From a virus, in the IMG/VR virus record IMGVR_UViG_3300044213_000060, positions 28,903 through 92,902 of that record: a stretch of 64,000 nt of DNA. The stretch is one strand, 5' to 3'. Numbering within the stretch: the first letter of the stretch is position 1; each line of letters begins with the position of its first letter. The position numbers and the translations under genes were made by a program. Below the pieces are notes generated by a model. That model saw only the letters and a program-made list of their open reading frames with translations. It was not told the DNA's origin and ran no database searches. Below, piece by piece: positions 38,083-46,702 of the stretch.

Positions 38083-39195
38083 ATGTCAAGTTCTAGTAAA
38101 GTCAGCGAAGCTCGTACAATTACGCCTAACGAAGCTCGTAGTAGAATTCTTCGTTGTTTCAAGGCTAAACGTCCGGTATTCCTATGGGGTCCTCCCGGTA
38201 TTGGTAAATCAGAAGTCGTTGCTGGCTTAACTGAAGAACTAGGTGGCATTATGTACGATGCTCGCCTTGGCCAAATGGAGCCCACAGACATTCGTGGTAT
38301 TCCGTTCTTTAACAAAGATCTAGGTAAGATGGATTGGGCTCCACCAATTGATTTGCCTGATGAGGAAACTGCTAGCCAGTACCCTGTTGTGGTGTTGTTC
38401 TTGGATGAGATGAACTCGGCAGCTCCTGCAGTACAGGCCGCAGGTTATCAACTTATTCTTAACCGTCGTATTGGTAAGTATGTGTTGCCAGATAACGTCG
38501 TTATTGTTGCCGCAGGTAATCGCGAAAGCGACAAAGGTGTTACTTATCGTATGCCTACTCCACTGGCAAATCGTTTTGTGCACTTGGAAATGAAGCAAGA
38601 TTTTGATTCTTGGCAACAATGGGCTGTTAATAACAAAATCCACAAAGACGTGGTTGGTTATTTGAGCTTTGCCAAACAAGACATGTTTGACTTTGATCCA
38701 CGTAGCCCAAGCCGTAGTTTTGCTACACCACGTTCATGGACTTTTGTAAGTCAGTTCTTGGCCGACGATGGTGCTACAGATGCAGAACTTACTGATTTGA
38801 TTGCAGGTACAGTAGGTGAAGGTCTTGCAGTTAAGTTTATGGCACACCGTAAGGTTGCCGGACAGATGCCTAACCCAATGGACATCTTGACAGGTAAGGT
38901 CAAGGACCTTAAAGTCAAAGAAGTATCGGCGATGTACTCACTAACTATTAGTATGTGTTATGAGCTCCAGGACCAACACGTTAAGTTAGGCAAAGACAAA
39001 TTGTCAGAGTGGCACGCCTTGGCCGACAACTTCTTGCGTTTTATGATTGACAACTTTACAACAGAGTTGGTGGTTATGGGCACAAGGGTTGCGTTGACAA
39101 CTTATAACTTGCCAATGGTACCAGGTAAGATGAAGAACTTTGACGAGTTCCATGCCAAATACGGCAAGTACATTATTGCCGCAAGTGGTAAGTAA
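38083..39195 (+). CDS. MoxR-like AAA+ ATPase
   Basis: Walker A GPPGIGKS, Walker B LFLDE, AAGNR, PLANRF, TPRSW. Confidence 0.9.
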   Translation: MSSSSKVSEARTITPNEARSRILRCFKAKRPVFLWGPPGIGKSEVVAGLTEELGGIMYDARLGQMEPTDIRGIPFFNKDLGKMDWAPPIDLPDEETASQYPVVVLFLDEMNSAAPAVQAAGYQLILNRRIGKYVLPDNVVIVAAGNRESDKGVTYRMPTPLANRFVHLEMKQDFDSWQQWAVNNKIHKDVVGYLSFAKQDMFDFDPRSPSRSFATPRSWTFVSQFLADDGATDAELTDLIAGTVGEGLAVKFMAHRKVAGQMPNPMDILTGKVKDLKVKEVSAMYSLTISMCYELQDQHVKLGKDKLSEWHALADNFLRFMIDNFTTELVVMGTRVALTTYNLPMVPGKMKNFDEFHAKYGKYIIAASGK

Positions 39196-39197
39196 AT

Positions 39198-39222
39198 AAA
39201 AAAGGGGCCGAGGCCCCTTTTT
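39198..39222. terminator. Bidirectional intrinsic terminator
   Basis: AAAAAAGGGGC-CGAG-GCCCCTTTTT. Confidence 0.85.
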
Positions 39223-39240
39223 AACACACTTGGAGTTTTT

Positions 39241-39516
39241 ATGATTGTAACCAAGTTGGATCAAAGATATTCTGGATGGTATGTGTATCCTTATATGGTC
39301 GAACCATTAAAAGGAACAAGATATAGCCTAGACCGTCGCAATGAATTTTTAGTCTGGAGAACATGGTGTTGGGACGCATTTGGTCCTGGCATGGAAAGAG
39401 ACTTTGCTGTGGCCGCAGATGAAAAACCTGTGTGGGCATGGTACAGTGAAAATGCTAAGTTTAGAATATATGTTACCGAACCTGCGCTCACATTATTTAA
39501 ACTAAAATGGGTGTAA
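39241..39516 (+). CDS. Hypothetical protein
   Basis: GGAG RBS; 91 aa. Confidence 0.6.
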   Translation: MIVTKLDQRYSGWYVYPYMVEPLKGTRYSLDRRNEFLVWRTWCWDAFGPGMERDFAVAADEKPVWAWYSENAKFRIYVTEPALTLFKLKWV

Positions 39517-39521
39517 AAAGT

Positions 39522-39565
39522 GTTGCAAAAATACAACATACCGCCGTACAAAAGTGTGTTATAAT
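39522..39565 (+). promoter_or_regulatory. Early promoter module copy 3: GTTGC-N6-ACAAC box plus extended -10
   Basis: TGTTGCAAAAATACAACA, then TG-T-TATAAT at 39557-39565. Confidence 0.65.
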
Positions 39566-39588
39566 ATAAACATATTAAGGAGAAAGCA

Positions 39589-40842
39589 ATGACAGAAGTC
39601 GCAGAAAAACCCCAAACTGATCCCAAAATTGACCGTGCTGCACAAGAAAAACTTGTTACTGCTCGTATTGGACTATTGCTTAAAGCACCGTTCTTTGGCA
39701 ACCTTGCTACAAGAATGCAGTTAATCAATGCCGATGGCTGGTGCACAACCGCCGCGACTGACGGTCGTAATTTTTACTATAGTTCTGAATTTATCAATTC
39801 GTTGCCACTTAAACAAGTTGAGTTCCTAGTAGGCCACGAAGTGTTGCATGCAGTCTATGACCATATGGGACGTCGTGGTGATCGTGATCCCAAAATTGCT
39901 AACATTGCCGCAGACTATTGTGTAAACTTTGACTTGGTAGAACAAAGAGTTGGTGAAAAAATCAGTGTAGTTCCTATTTTGTATGACACCAAATACAAAG
40001 ACTGGAGTTATGAACAAGTCTACGACGACTTGATACAAAATGCATCTAAGATGAATCTAGATGAACTAGCCAAAAAAATCTTAGACGAGCACTTAGATGG
40101 TGATGGAGAAGATGGCAACGGCGACAGCAAAAAACGTACGCATAGTGGCGGTAGTCGTCCTAAGTTAACTGAGGAAGAAAAGCGTCAAATCCGCGATGAG
40201 ATCAAAGAAGCAGTTCTTGCAAGTGCACAGGCAGTTGGTGCTGGCAACTTGCCTGGTGGTGTTAAACGTTTAATCCAAGACTTGACTGCTCCGGTTATTA
40301 ACTGGAGAGAGTTGTTGCAACAACAAATCGAGTCTACTATTAAATCAGACTTTACTTGGATGAAGCCTAGTCGTAGAGGGTGGCACATGGACGCTGTTAT
40401 GCCTGGAATGATTCCTGGCAATACTGTCGACATCACTGTTGCTATTGACACGTCTGGTAGTATCAGTAACGAGGACCTAAAGATCTTTTTAAGTGAGATC
40501 AAAGGCATCATGGACAGTTACGATGAATATTCTATCAATGTTTTTACTTGGGATACTGCTGTGCACAATCCACAGACATATACAAGTGATAATCTAGAAG
40601 ATATTCTAGACTATGAGCCAGGTGGCGGTGGCGGTACTGATCCTCATGTTATCTGGACTCACTTAAAAGACAATGGCCTAGAACCAAAAAAACTTGTGGT
40701 GTTTACAGACTTTTGTTTCTTTGGTTGGAGTCCAGAAGAAGTAGAGCCATATTGTGATACAGTTTGGATTATTAAAGGCAACCCAAGTGCTCGACCTGAG
40801 TTTGGCGTTTGGGCTCACTACGAAAAAGAAGCTGGACGATAA
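39589..40842 (+). CDS. DUF2201-type metallopeptidase/VWA protein
   Basis: TAATDG, HEVLH (HExxH), MIDAS DTSGS, GGGGT, FTD. Confidence 0.85.
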   Translation: MTEVAEKPQTDPKIDRAAQEKLVTARIGLLLKAPFFGNLATRMQLINADGWCTTAATDGRNFYYSSEFINSLPLKQVEFLVGHEVLHAVYDHMGRRGDRDPKIANIAADYCVNFDLVEQRVGEKISVVPILYDTKYKDWSYEQVYDDLIQNASKMNLDELAKKILDEHLDGDGEDGNGDSKKRTHSGGSRPKLTEEEKRQIRDEIKEAVLASAQAVGAGNLPGGVKRLIQDLTAPVINWRELLQQQIESTIKSDFTWMKPSRRGWHMDAVMPGMIPGNTVDITVAIDTSGSISNEDLKIFLSEIKGIMDSYDEYSINVFTWDTAVHNPQTYTSDNLEDILDYEPGGGGGTDPHVIWTHLKDNGLEPKKLVVFTDFCFFGWSPEEVEPYCDTVWIIKGNPSARPEFGVWAHYEKEAGR

Positions 40843-40843
40843 T

Positions 40844-40933
40844 ATGGCGTGGGCGGGTGTCTTTTTGTTAATAATGTTTGGGCACCCAATCCTTGGGTTT
40901 TTGTTAGCATTCGTAATTACAGTATCGGAGTAA
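40844..40933 (+). CDS. Small 29-aa hydrophobic peptide
   Basis: MAWAGVFLLIMFGHPILGFLLAFVITVSE; starts 1 nt after the previous stop. Confidence 0.5.
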   Translation: MAWAGVFLLIMFGHPILGFLLAFVITVSE

Positions 40934-40937
40934 TAAA

Positions 40938-41039
40938 ATGGTTCAAGTGTGGGATAATGATTTATTTTTGTTTTATTGTGATGAATTGGAAGCAGACTTG
41001 TATGCGGATCAAGGTTTCAACATTGTGAGAGAATCATGA
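40938..41039 (+). CDS. Small 33-aa acidic peptide
   Basis: GGAG RBS; ATGA overlap with 41036. Confidence 0.55.
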   Translation: MVQVWDNDLFLFYCDELEADLYADQGFNIVRES

Positions 41040-41437
41040 GCGGATACACAACTTATCAACGCTGGCAACGCATCGAAGCACAGGCAGCTATGATGGGATT
41101 TCGATTGGCCAATCCCAAACATGGGGCATGGTGTGGTATTGATCGTGGACCAGATCAAGTTGCTTTGTATGCAAGAAATGATTCGTTGCCCGCATACTCG
41201 CGAGACGCTGAACTATTTGTTGGCACATTCAGCGAAGTAGAAACATTCTTGATAGGTTGGGGCAAAGCACAACAGTATGATTATCTGCTGCGGATGACCG
41301 ACCCAAAGCGTCGCCTTCGGTTTGAAGCAAAGGAAATCGAGCGTCAGCGTTTGGAAAAGGAACGTTTGGAAAAGCGCAAAATGTTTGCTGTGTTGTCCAG
41401 TCGTACCGAAGAGGCTGTTGATCGGCTGGTCAAATAG
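41036..41437 (+). CDS. Hypothetical protein
   Basis: 133-aa ORF. Confidence 0.6.
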   Translation: MSGYTTYQRWQRIEAQAAMMGFRLANPKHGAWCGIDRGPDQVALYARNDSLPAYSRDAELFVGTFSEVETFLIGWGKAQQYDYLLRMTDPKRRLRFEAKEIERQRLEKERLEKRKMFAVLSSRTEEAVDRLVK

Positions 41438-41524
41438 GAACAACTCATGTTGAGAGACGAAGACGTATATTATCCTACCCATAATCATATGTGGGATTAT
41501 ATACTAATTGGCAGTAATTGCCTG

Positions 41525-41553
41525 TTGGTATTTTGGGAAATCTATGTTATAAT
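41525..41553 (+). promoter_or_regulatory. sigma70-type promoter TTGGTA-N17-TATAAT with extended -10
   Basis: Upstream of the AGGAG RBS and ATG 41577. Confidence 0.55.
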
Positions 41554-41576
41554 AAAATGCTTAATAGGAGATTAAA

Positions 41577-41870
41577 ATGGAAATGATTTATTCACAAAAA
41601 GTTAAAACAATTAAACTTGCTCGACCAATTATTGATGATCTCCAGGAGAGATTGCTTCGTGCAGAAGATCTATTACAAGATTTAAGTAGAGCAGTAGAAA
41701 TCGCACAATATTCAGGCCAATACCAATTGGTAGACAGCTTTAGGCAGTCGGCAGAAACTCACTTACAAGATCGCTTGGAAAGGCCTGATTCTAGCATATC
41801 CGCAGACCAACAACGAATTGTTCTTGTCTCTGGTACTGACAAAACAAACGAAAGTGCACATACAACTTAA
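41577..41870 (+). CDS. Hypothetical protein
   Basis: 97 aa, AGGAG RBS. Confidence 0.6.
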   Translation: MEMIYSQKVKTIKLARPIIDDLQERLLRAEDLLQDLSRAVEIAQYSGQYQLVDSFRQSAETHLQDRLERPDSSISADQQRIVLVSGTDKTNESAHTT

Positions 41871-41882
41871 AAGGATTCGCAA

Positions 41883-42362
41883 ATGATTACATTAAAAGAA
41901 TGGTTAGAAATTGTAGATTATCGTATTACTGAAGGCAGTGACTATTACAATTCTGAATATGGCGATAGTGTTTACTCATTGGACAGTTGGAATGGTGAAC
42001 AAACTGGTCACAGTTTTTCAATAATTTTTGATACCAAAACTCAATCTGTATTCGAAGTGCAGGCACACGACTTCAAACACAATAGGGCATATCGTATGAT
42101 TGCTGATGGGTTTACAAAAAATGATGATAAAGCCTGGGACGACGTTAACTATGTTGATCTAGACGTCGATGACGACTTTATCCAAAAAGCATTAGCAATT
42201 AAAGCCGGAGAAGACTACGATACTCGAGTTAGTATTGAATTAGATCTTGACACAGATTTAGAAATCGAATTATATCGTATAGCGCATAAACGAGATATAA
42301 CTGTGAATCAATTGGTTGTAGAAATTATCGAACACATGCTTAAGAGAGAAAGCAATGATTAA
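41883..42362 (+). CDS. Hypothetical protein with possible C-terminal ribbon-helix-helix-like segment
   Basis: LYRIAHKRDITVNQLVVEII. Confidence 0.55.
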   Translation: MITLKEWLEIVDYRITEGSDYYNSEYGDSVYSLDSWNGEQTGHSFSIIFDTKTQSVFEVQAHDFKHNRAYRMIADGFTKNDDKAWDDVNYVDLDVDDDFIQKALAIKAGEDYDTRVSIELDLDTDLEIELYRIAHKRDITVNQLVVEIIEHMLKRESND

Positions 42363-42735
42363 ATCATTAACATCCTCAACCCCTTATTTAGAAGTATCTG
42401 GGGGCAACAATTACAATAGTTTCCATATAGATTCGTATAAGGTTCAGCAAGGTATTGCAGGGCAGGTTCGACACAATGGCAATGATTTTGAAATCAACGA
42501 TGGATCAAGTTGGAGACTATTAGGATCTTCCTATAATACCAATATAAATCTGTCACATGGTGCTACGGCCGCACTCGATTGGGCACAACATAAAATGAAA
42601 GTTGAACGTGAAGCAGAATCACTTGCTGCCTCCAGTGAAACAGTAAAAGCCGCGTTAGCAGAATATCGTGCTATATTACAAATAGCCGAAGAAAGACTCA
42701 ATGTGGTTGTGACGCTAGTCAAAGAACATGCTTAA
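42355..42735 (+). CDS. Hypothetical protein
   Basis: 126 aa, overlaps both neighbours. Confidence 0.6.
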   Translation: MIKSLTSSTPYLEVSGGNNYNSFHIDSYKVQQGIAGQVRHNGNDFEINDGSSWRLLGSSYNTNINLSHGATAALDWAQHKMKVEREAESLAASSETVKAALAEYRAILQIAEERLNVVVTLVKEHA

Positions 42736-43027
42736 ATATCAAGAACCCAATCCGCTAAACATCCACGGACTCAGGCAGTTAGACTATCAACCGCCACACT
42801 TTACGCCCGTTCATTTTGAATTATATACGTCAGCAAGAGAATTAGAAAATTGGATTTGGGAGAACCTTGAAGGTAGATTTTATTTTGGGGATCATTTCCA
42901 AAATGTGGTTGAAGACAACAATCGCATACATATTGTCAAGTGTGCGGCTTTTGAAAATGCCAGTGAAGCCAGTTATTTTAGTCTTGTTTTATCTACAATT
43001 AACGTAAAAGAAGAATCAATCTTCTAA
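42728..43027 (+). CDS. Hypothetical protein
   Basis: 99 aa. Confidence 0.6.
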   Translation: MLKYQEPNPLNIHGLRQLDYQPPHFTPVHFELYTSARELENWIWENLEGRFYFGDHFQNVVEDNNRIHIVKCAAFENASEASYFSLVLSTINVKEESIF

Positions 43028-43054
43028 AAAAAATTTCATCGATTCTAACTCGGT

Positions 43055-43074
43055 TAAATAACTATAGTTATTTA
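43055..43074. promoter_or_regulatory. Perfect 20-bp palindrome TAAATAACTATAGTTATTTA (two facing TAAATA boxes)
   Basis: Read directly; intergenic, upstream of the GGAG RBS of 43090. Confidence 0.6.
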
Positions 43075-43089
43075 CAAACGGAGTAATCT

Positions 43090-43338
43090 ATGAACGATGA
43101 TACAATTTCTACTACACCGCAACCACAGGCAAGCGCACCAAATTTAGCGTTAGCAGACTTAGTTGCAGTAGTAAACCTAATTCAGATTGTTAGCCAGCGG
43201 GGTGCTATTCGTCCCGAAGAAATGGCAGTAGTTGGGCCACTATATGATAAATTAATTGGCTTCTTAAAAAGCACAGGAGCATTAACTCCGCCGCCGGCTG
43301 CACCTGAAACACCAGATCAACAAGGAGAATCCGAATGA
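43090..43338 (+). CDS. Hypothetical protein
   Basis: 82 aa, GGAG RBS. Confidence 0.65.
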   Translation: MNDDTISTTPQPQASAPNLALADLVAVVNLIQIVSQRGAIRPEEMAVVGPLYDKLIGFLKSTGALTPPPAAPETPDQQGESE

Positions 43339-44024
43339 TAAAACATGTGGGAAAACACAACAGTAAAAAAGTTGTGATATTATATAGACAAGTTCCCGGA
43401 GAAGACCATATGGCATTAGTTACCTACAGTGAAACCCTGCCACGGTTAGTACATGACGAAGTCATGAAAGCACTAGAAAGCCCAATTGGTCAAAATGCCA
43501 AAGAGTTTAGCGATGTATTGTTTAGAACAGTTATGGCCGATGGCACTAATGCTTTAACAACACTTCATAAAATGGGATGGATTAAAAAAGTTCCAGCAAA
43601 TCAAGTTTTGGTTACGCCAAATGCTCAAAGCAGTGTGCGTCTTGATGAACTAAATGAAATTCTAAATGAAATGGCTAAAGGTGAAGAAGCAATCTCTAAA
43701 TTAGCCGAACTTGACAGCCAACGTGGGATGGCGCCAAACAAGCGTTCACCTAAACAAGCAAGTCCTGCCGAAGTAGGTATTCGTACCAGTCGTGAAGCAC
43801 AAGGTAATACAAGTGCTGCAGAGTATCTCAAAGACACACTCGATGATACAGATTTAGCAACTCAGCGACTAGCACAAGCATTAAAAATGGAAAATGAAGC
43901 CAAAGGTCTTTTGGCAGAAGCAGCACGACTAAAAGCAGAAGCAAATGCATTACAACCCACAAAAACTAAAAATGTCGGAACAAAAACCAAAAAAGCAACG
44001 ACAGCCAAAAAGCAAGCGGCTTAA
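43335..44024 (+). CDS. Hypothetical protein with coiled-coil/basic tail
   Basis: 229 aa, AAGGAG RBS, ATGA overlap. Confidence 0.65.
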   Translation: MIKHVGKHNSKKVVILYRQVPGEDHMALVTYSETLPRLVHDEVMKALESPIGQNAKEFSDVLFRTVMADGTNALTTLHKMGWIKKVPANQVLVTPNAQSSVRLDELNEILNEMAKGEEAISKLAELDSQRGMAPNKRSPKQASPAEVGIRTSREAQGNTSAAEYLKDTLDDTDLATQRLAQALKMENEAKGLLAEAARLKAEANALQPTKTKNVGTKTKKATTAKKQAA

Positions 44025-44316
44025 TGTCAGCAGTAAAAAACAATGGGAAGAACTTCTTAAAGGTGTAAACAAAACAGAAGTTCCTGTTAGTTTGTTATTG
44101 AAATTAAACGTTAACTTGAAAGACGGCACAGTAGTAACTATCGACATTCGCCAACTATTAAATGAGGGGTTGAGTGAAGATGAATTACAATACCGTATTG
44201 AAGAAAAATTAGATTCATTAGAACAAGTCATCAACGATGTTGATTTCTTTATTAATGTAGATGCAGTTGTTAGCACAGTTAAACCAGTGACAGATAAGTT
44301 ATTAAAAAATTTATGA
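43972..44316 (+). CDS. Hypothetical protein
   Basis: ORF-track 43945..44316; in-frame ATG at 43972; ATGA overlap with folA. Confidence 0.55.
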   Translation: MSEQKPKKQRQPKSKRLNVSSKKQWEELLKGVNKTEVPVSLLLKLNVNLKDGTVVTIDIRQLLNEGLSEDELQYRIEEKLDSLEQVINDVDFFINVDAVVSTVKPVTDKLLKNL

Positions 44317-44810
44317 TAAACGCAATATTCGCAGTTGATAGTACAGGAAGTTTAGGCCTAGATGGGTCTTTACCATGGGCCCCTATTGCTGAGGATTTTG
44401 CTTGGTTTAAAGAAAATACAATGAATGGCGTCGTGGTTATGGGCAGACGTACCTGGGATGATCCTAAAATGCCAAAACCATTGCCAGGACGCACTTCATA
44501 TGTGTTTACTAGTCGTCCAATCGCCAATGCATACACCGCATCTGGTGATGTTTGTGAAAAACTGAAAAAAATTGAACATGCCTATCCAACAAAAACTATC
44601 TGGGTAATTGGCGGAAAAGACATACTTGAATCGGCAAGGCCTGTGTTAGATAATCTTTATCTAACCTATATTAAAGCACCACATCGTGCAGATGTTAAAA
44701 TACATTTAAATGATTATTTGGTTGGATTTCGTGCAATGACTGCTATACCCACAGAGCACCGTCGTTGTACATTTATGATATATAAAAACGTACTAAAGAC
44801 ACTTGACTAA
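44313..44810 (+). CDS. folA: Dihydrofolate reductase
   Basis: LPW, EDFAWFK, VVMGRRTW, PLPGR, WVIGG. Confidence 0.93.
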   Translation: MINAIFAVDSTGSLGLDGSLPWAPIAEDFAWFKENTMNGVVVMGRRTWDDPKMPKPLPGRTSYVFTSRPIANAYTASGDVCEKLKKIEHAYPTKTIWVIGGKDILESARPVLDNLYLTYIKAPHRADVKIHLNDYLVGFRAMTAIPTEHRRCTFMIYKNVLKTLD

Positions 44811-44832
44811 CACTCATAGTGTTGTGTACAAT
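44803..44832 (+). promoter_or_regulatory. Promoter TTGACT-N18-TACAAT, probably leaderless, for thyA
   Basis: ATG 44838 follows the -10 box after 5 nt; the spacer contains an AACACT-CAT-AGTGTT hairpin. Confidence 0.5.
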
Positions 44833-44837
44833 ACACT

Positions 44838-45749
44838 ATGAAAACATACTTAGCAGCATTAGAAGAAGTACTGAATAAAGGTACTGTTAAAACGGATCGT
44901 ACTGGAACGGGCACTATTAGCCTATTTGGTATGCAACAACGTTATGATCTTACACAAGGGTTTCCTGCAGTTACTACTAAGAAGTTAGCATGGAAGGCTG
45001 TATGCGGAGAACTACTTTGGTTCATCGAAGGCTCAGGTGACGAACGCAGGCTAGCAGAAATCACACATGGATCGGCAGATGGCAAAGTAACTATCTGGAC
45101 GCCAAATGCATTATCTAGTTACTGGAAACCTAAGGCCAAGTATGCAGGCGATTTGGGTCGTGTCTACGGAGTGCAGTGGCGTCACTGGCGTACTCCTATA
45201 GAGCACAAGAAAGAAACTTTTGTAGACGATTTTGCAAATCGATACAACAGGCAAGGGCTGTTACATGTTCATGAGGTCGACCAACTATCTATGCTGGTAG
45301 AAGGTATACGAAAAGACCCACACGGACGAAGACATATATTATCAGCATGGAACCCAGGAGAGTTAGATCAAATGGCACTCCCCCCGTGTCATGTAATGGC
45401 CCAGTTTTATGTCAGCGGAGACAATCGTTTAAGTTGTCAAATGTATCAACGTAGTTGTGACATGTTTTTAGGCGTCCCATTTAACATTGCAAGCTATAGC
45501 CTGCTCACACACATGGTTGCTCAAGTGTGCGATTTGGCAGTAGGCGAGTTCGTTCACGTTCTCGGCGACGCACATATATATTTAAATCATGTAGAGCAGG
45601 TAAAAGAACAATTAAGGCGTGAACCATTACCTAGCCCACAACTATGGTTGAATCCTGACATCCGCGACATTACTAAGTTTACCATGGCAGATATTCGCTT
45701 AGACGGATATCAAAGCCTTGGCGCTATTCGAGCGGAAATGGCGGTATGA
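44838..45749 (+). CDS. thyA: Thymidylate synthase
   Basis: DRTGTGT, ELLWF, YGVQWR, MALPPCH, YQRSCD..LGVPFNIASY, GDAHIY.NH. Confidence 0.97.
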   Translation: MKTYLAALEEVLNKGTVKTDRTGTGTISLFGMQQRYDLTQGFPAVTTKKLAWKAVCGELLWFIEGSGDERRLAEITHGSADGKVTIWTPNALSSYWKPKAKYAGDLGRVYGVQWRHWRTPIEHKKETFVDDFANRYNRQGLLHVHEVDQLSMLVEGIRKDPHGRRHILSAWNPGELDQMALPPCHVMAQFYVSGDNRLSCQMYQRSCDMFLGVPFNIASYSLLTHMVAQVCDLAVGEFVHVLGDAHIYLNHVEQVKEQLRREPLPSPQLWLNPDIRDITKFTMADIRLDGYQSLGAIRAEMAV

Positions 45750-46702
45750 GATATTTAATAACAGGTGGACTAGGCTTTATTGGGCATAGAGTTAGCAATT
45801 ACCTGAGCCAGTTTCATAATGTAACTATTATTGATAGTTTAACTGACTACGGAATAATCCCCAAGTTAGAGTTAGATCAGTTAATTTGCGAACGTTTAGA
45901 ATACGTTAATAAATGTACATTCCTAAAAAACGACATTCGGCAGTTAGCGCATCCTATATTTGAAGTAGATACTGTGATTCATCTTGCAGCCTTTCCAAGA
46001 GCAAAAGTTGTAAATAACAATCCCGTAGAGGGTGCAGATGTATTAACCGCAGGATTATTAAATTTATTAACATTATCTGCACGAGAAAAAATTAAAAGAT
46101 TTGTCTATGTTAGCAGTAGTATGGTCTATGGTGATTTTGAAAATGGCACCACCGAAGATGCTGTGTGCGATCCGCAAGGTATATATGGTATATTAAAATA
46201 CACCGGAGAATTATTAGTTCGCGATTTTTGTACACGGCACGGCATTGAATTTGTTATACTGCGTCCGAGTGCGGTGTATGGTCCTCGTGATGTCGAGGAC
46301 CGTGTAATCAGCAAGTTTCTTGTGGCAGCAATGAATAATCGTGACTTAACTGTTCATGGTGCCGGTGAAATATTAGATTTTAGTTTTGTTGATGATGTGT
46401 CGTTGGCAGTTTGCCAAGCAGCAACAAGTTCTCGAAGTGCTGGAAATACCTATAACATAACACTAGGACATGGGTATACCTTATTAGAAGCTGCAGAATT
46501 AGCAGTTAAAATAACCAACAGTCAAAGTCAAATAATTGTTACAGATAAAAATCCCGATTTCCCTAGTCGTGGCGCATTAAACAGCGATCGTGCTCGAGAG
46601 GACTTTCAATTCTCTCCTACAGTAGAATTAGAAACAGGGTTAACAAAGTACTATGAGTGGCTCAAAAATAATCCCATTTTTCGGAATACAACGTCAGTAT
46701 AA
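45746..46702 (+). CDS. NAD-dependent NDP-sugar epimerase/dehydratase
   Basis: TGGLGFIG, HLAA, SSSMVYG, YGILK (YxxxK), VYGP. Confidence 0.92.
   Translation: MRYLITGGLGFIGHRVSNYLSQFHNVTIIDSLTDYGIIPKLELDQLICERLEYVNKCTFLKNDIRQLAHPIFEVDTVIHLAAFPRAKVVNNNPVEGADVLTAGLLNLLTLSAREKIKRFVYVSSSMVYGDFENGTTEDAVCDPQGIYGILKYTGELLVRDFCTRHGIEFVILRPSAVYGPRDVEDRVISKFLVAAMNNRDLTVHGAGEILDFSFVDDVSLAVCQAATSSRSAGNTYNITLGHGYTLLEAAELAVKITNSQSQIIVTDKNPDFPSRGALNSDRAREDFQFSPTVELETGLTKYYEWLKNNPIFRNTTSV

Noticed and set aside
41447-41575. Possible 42-aa ORF MLRDEDVYYP...
   Set aside because: It overlaps a likely promoter and has only weak support; left unannotated.
44838-45749. ThyA homolog as a base-modifying hydroxymethylase feeding the carbamoyltransferase
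   Set aside because: Canonical dUMP-specific motifs (PCH, RSxD, PFN) and the adjacent folA indicate an ordinary thymidylate synthase.
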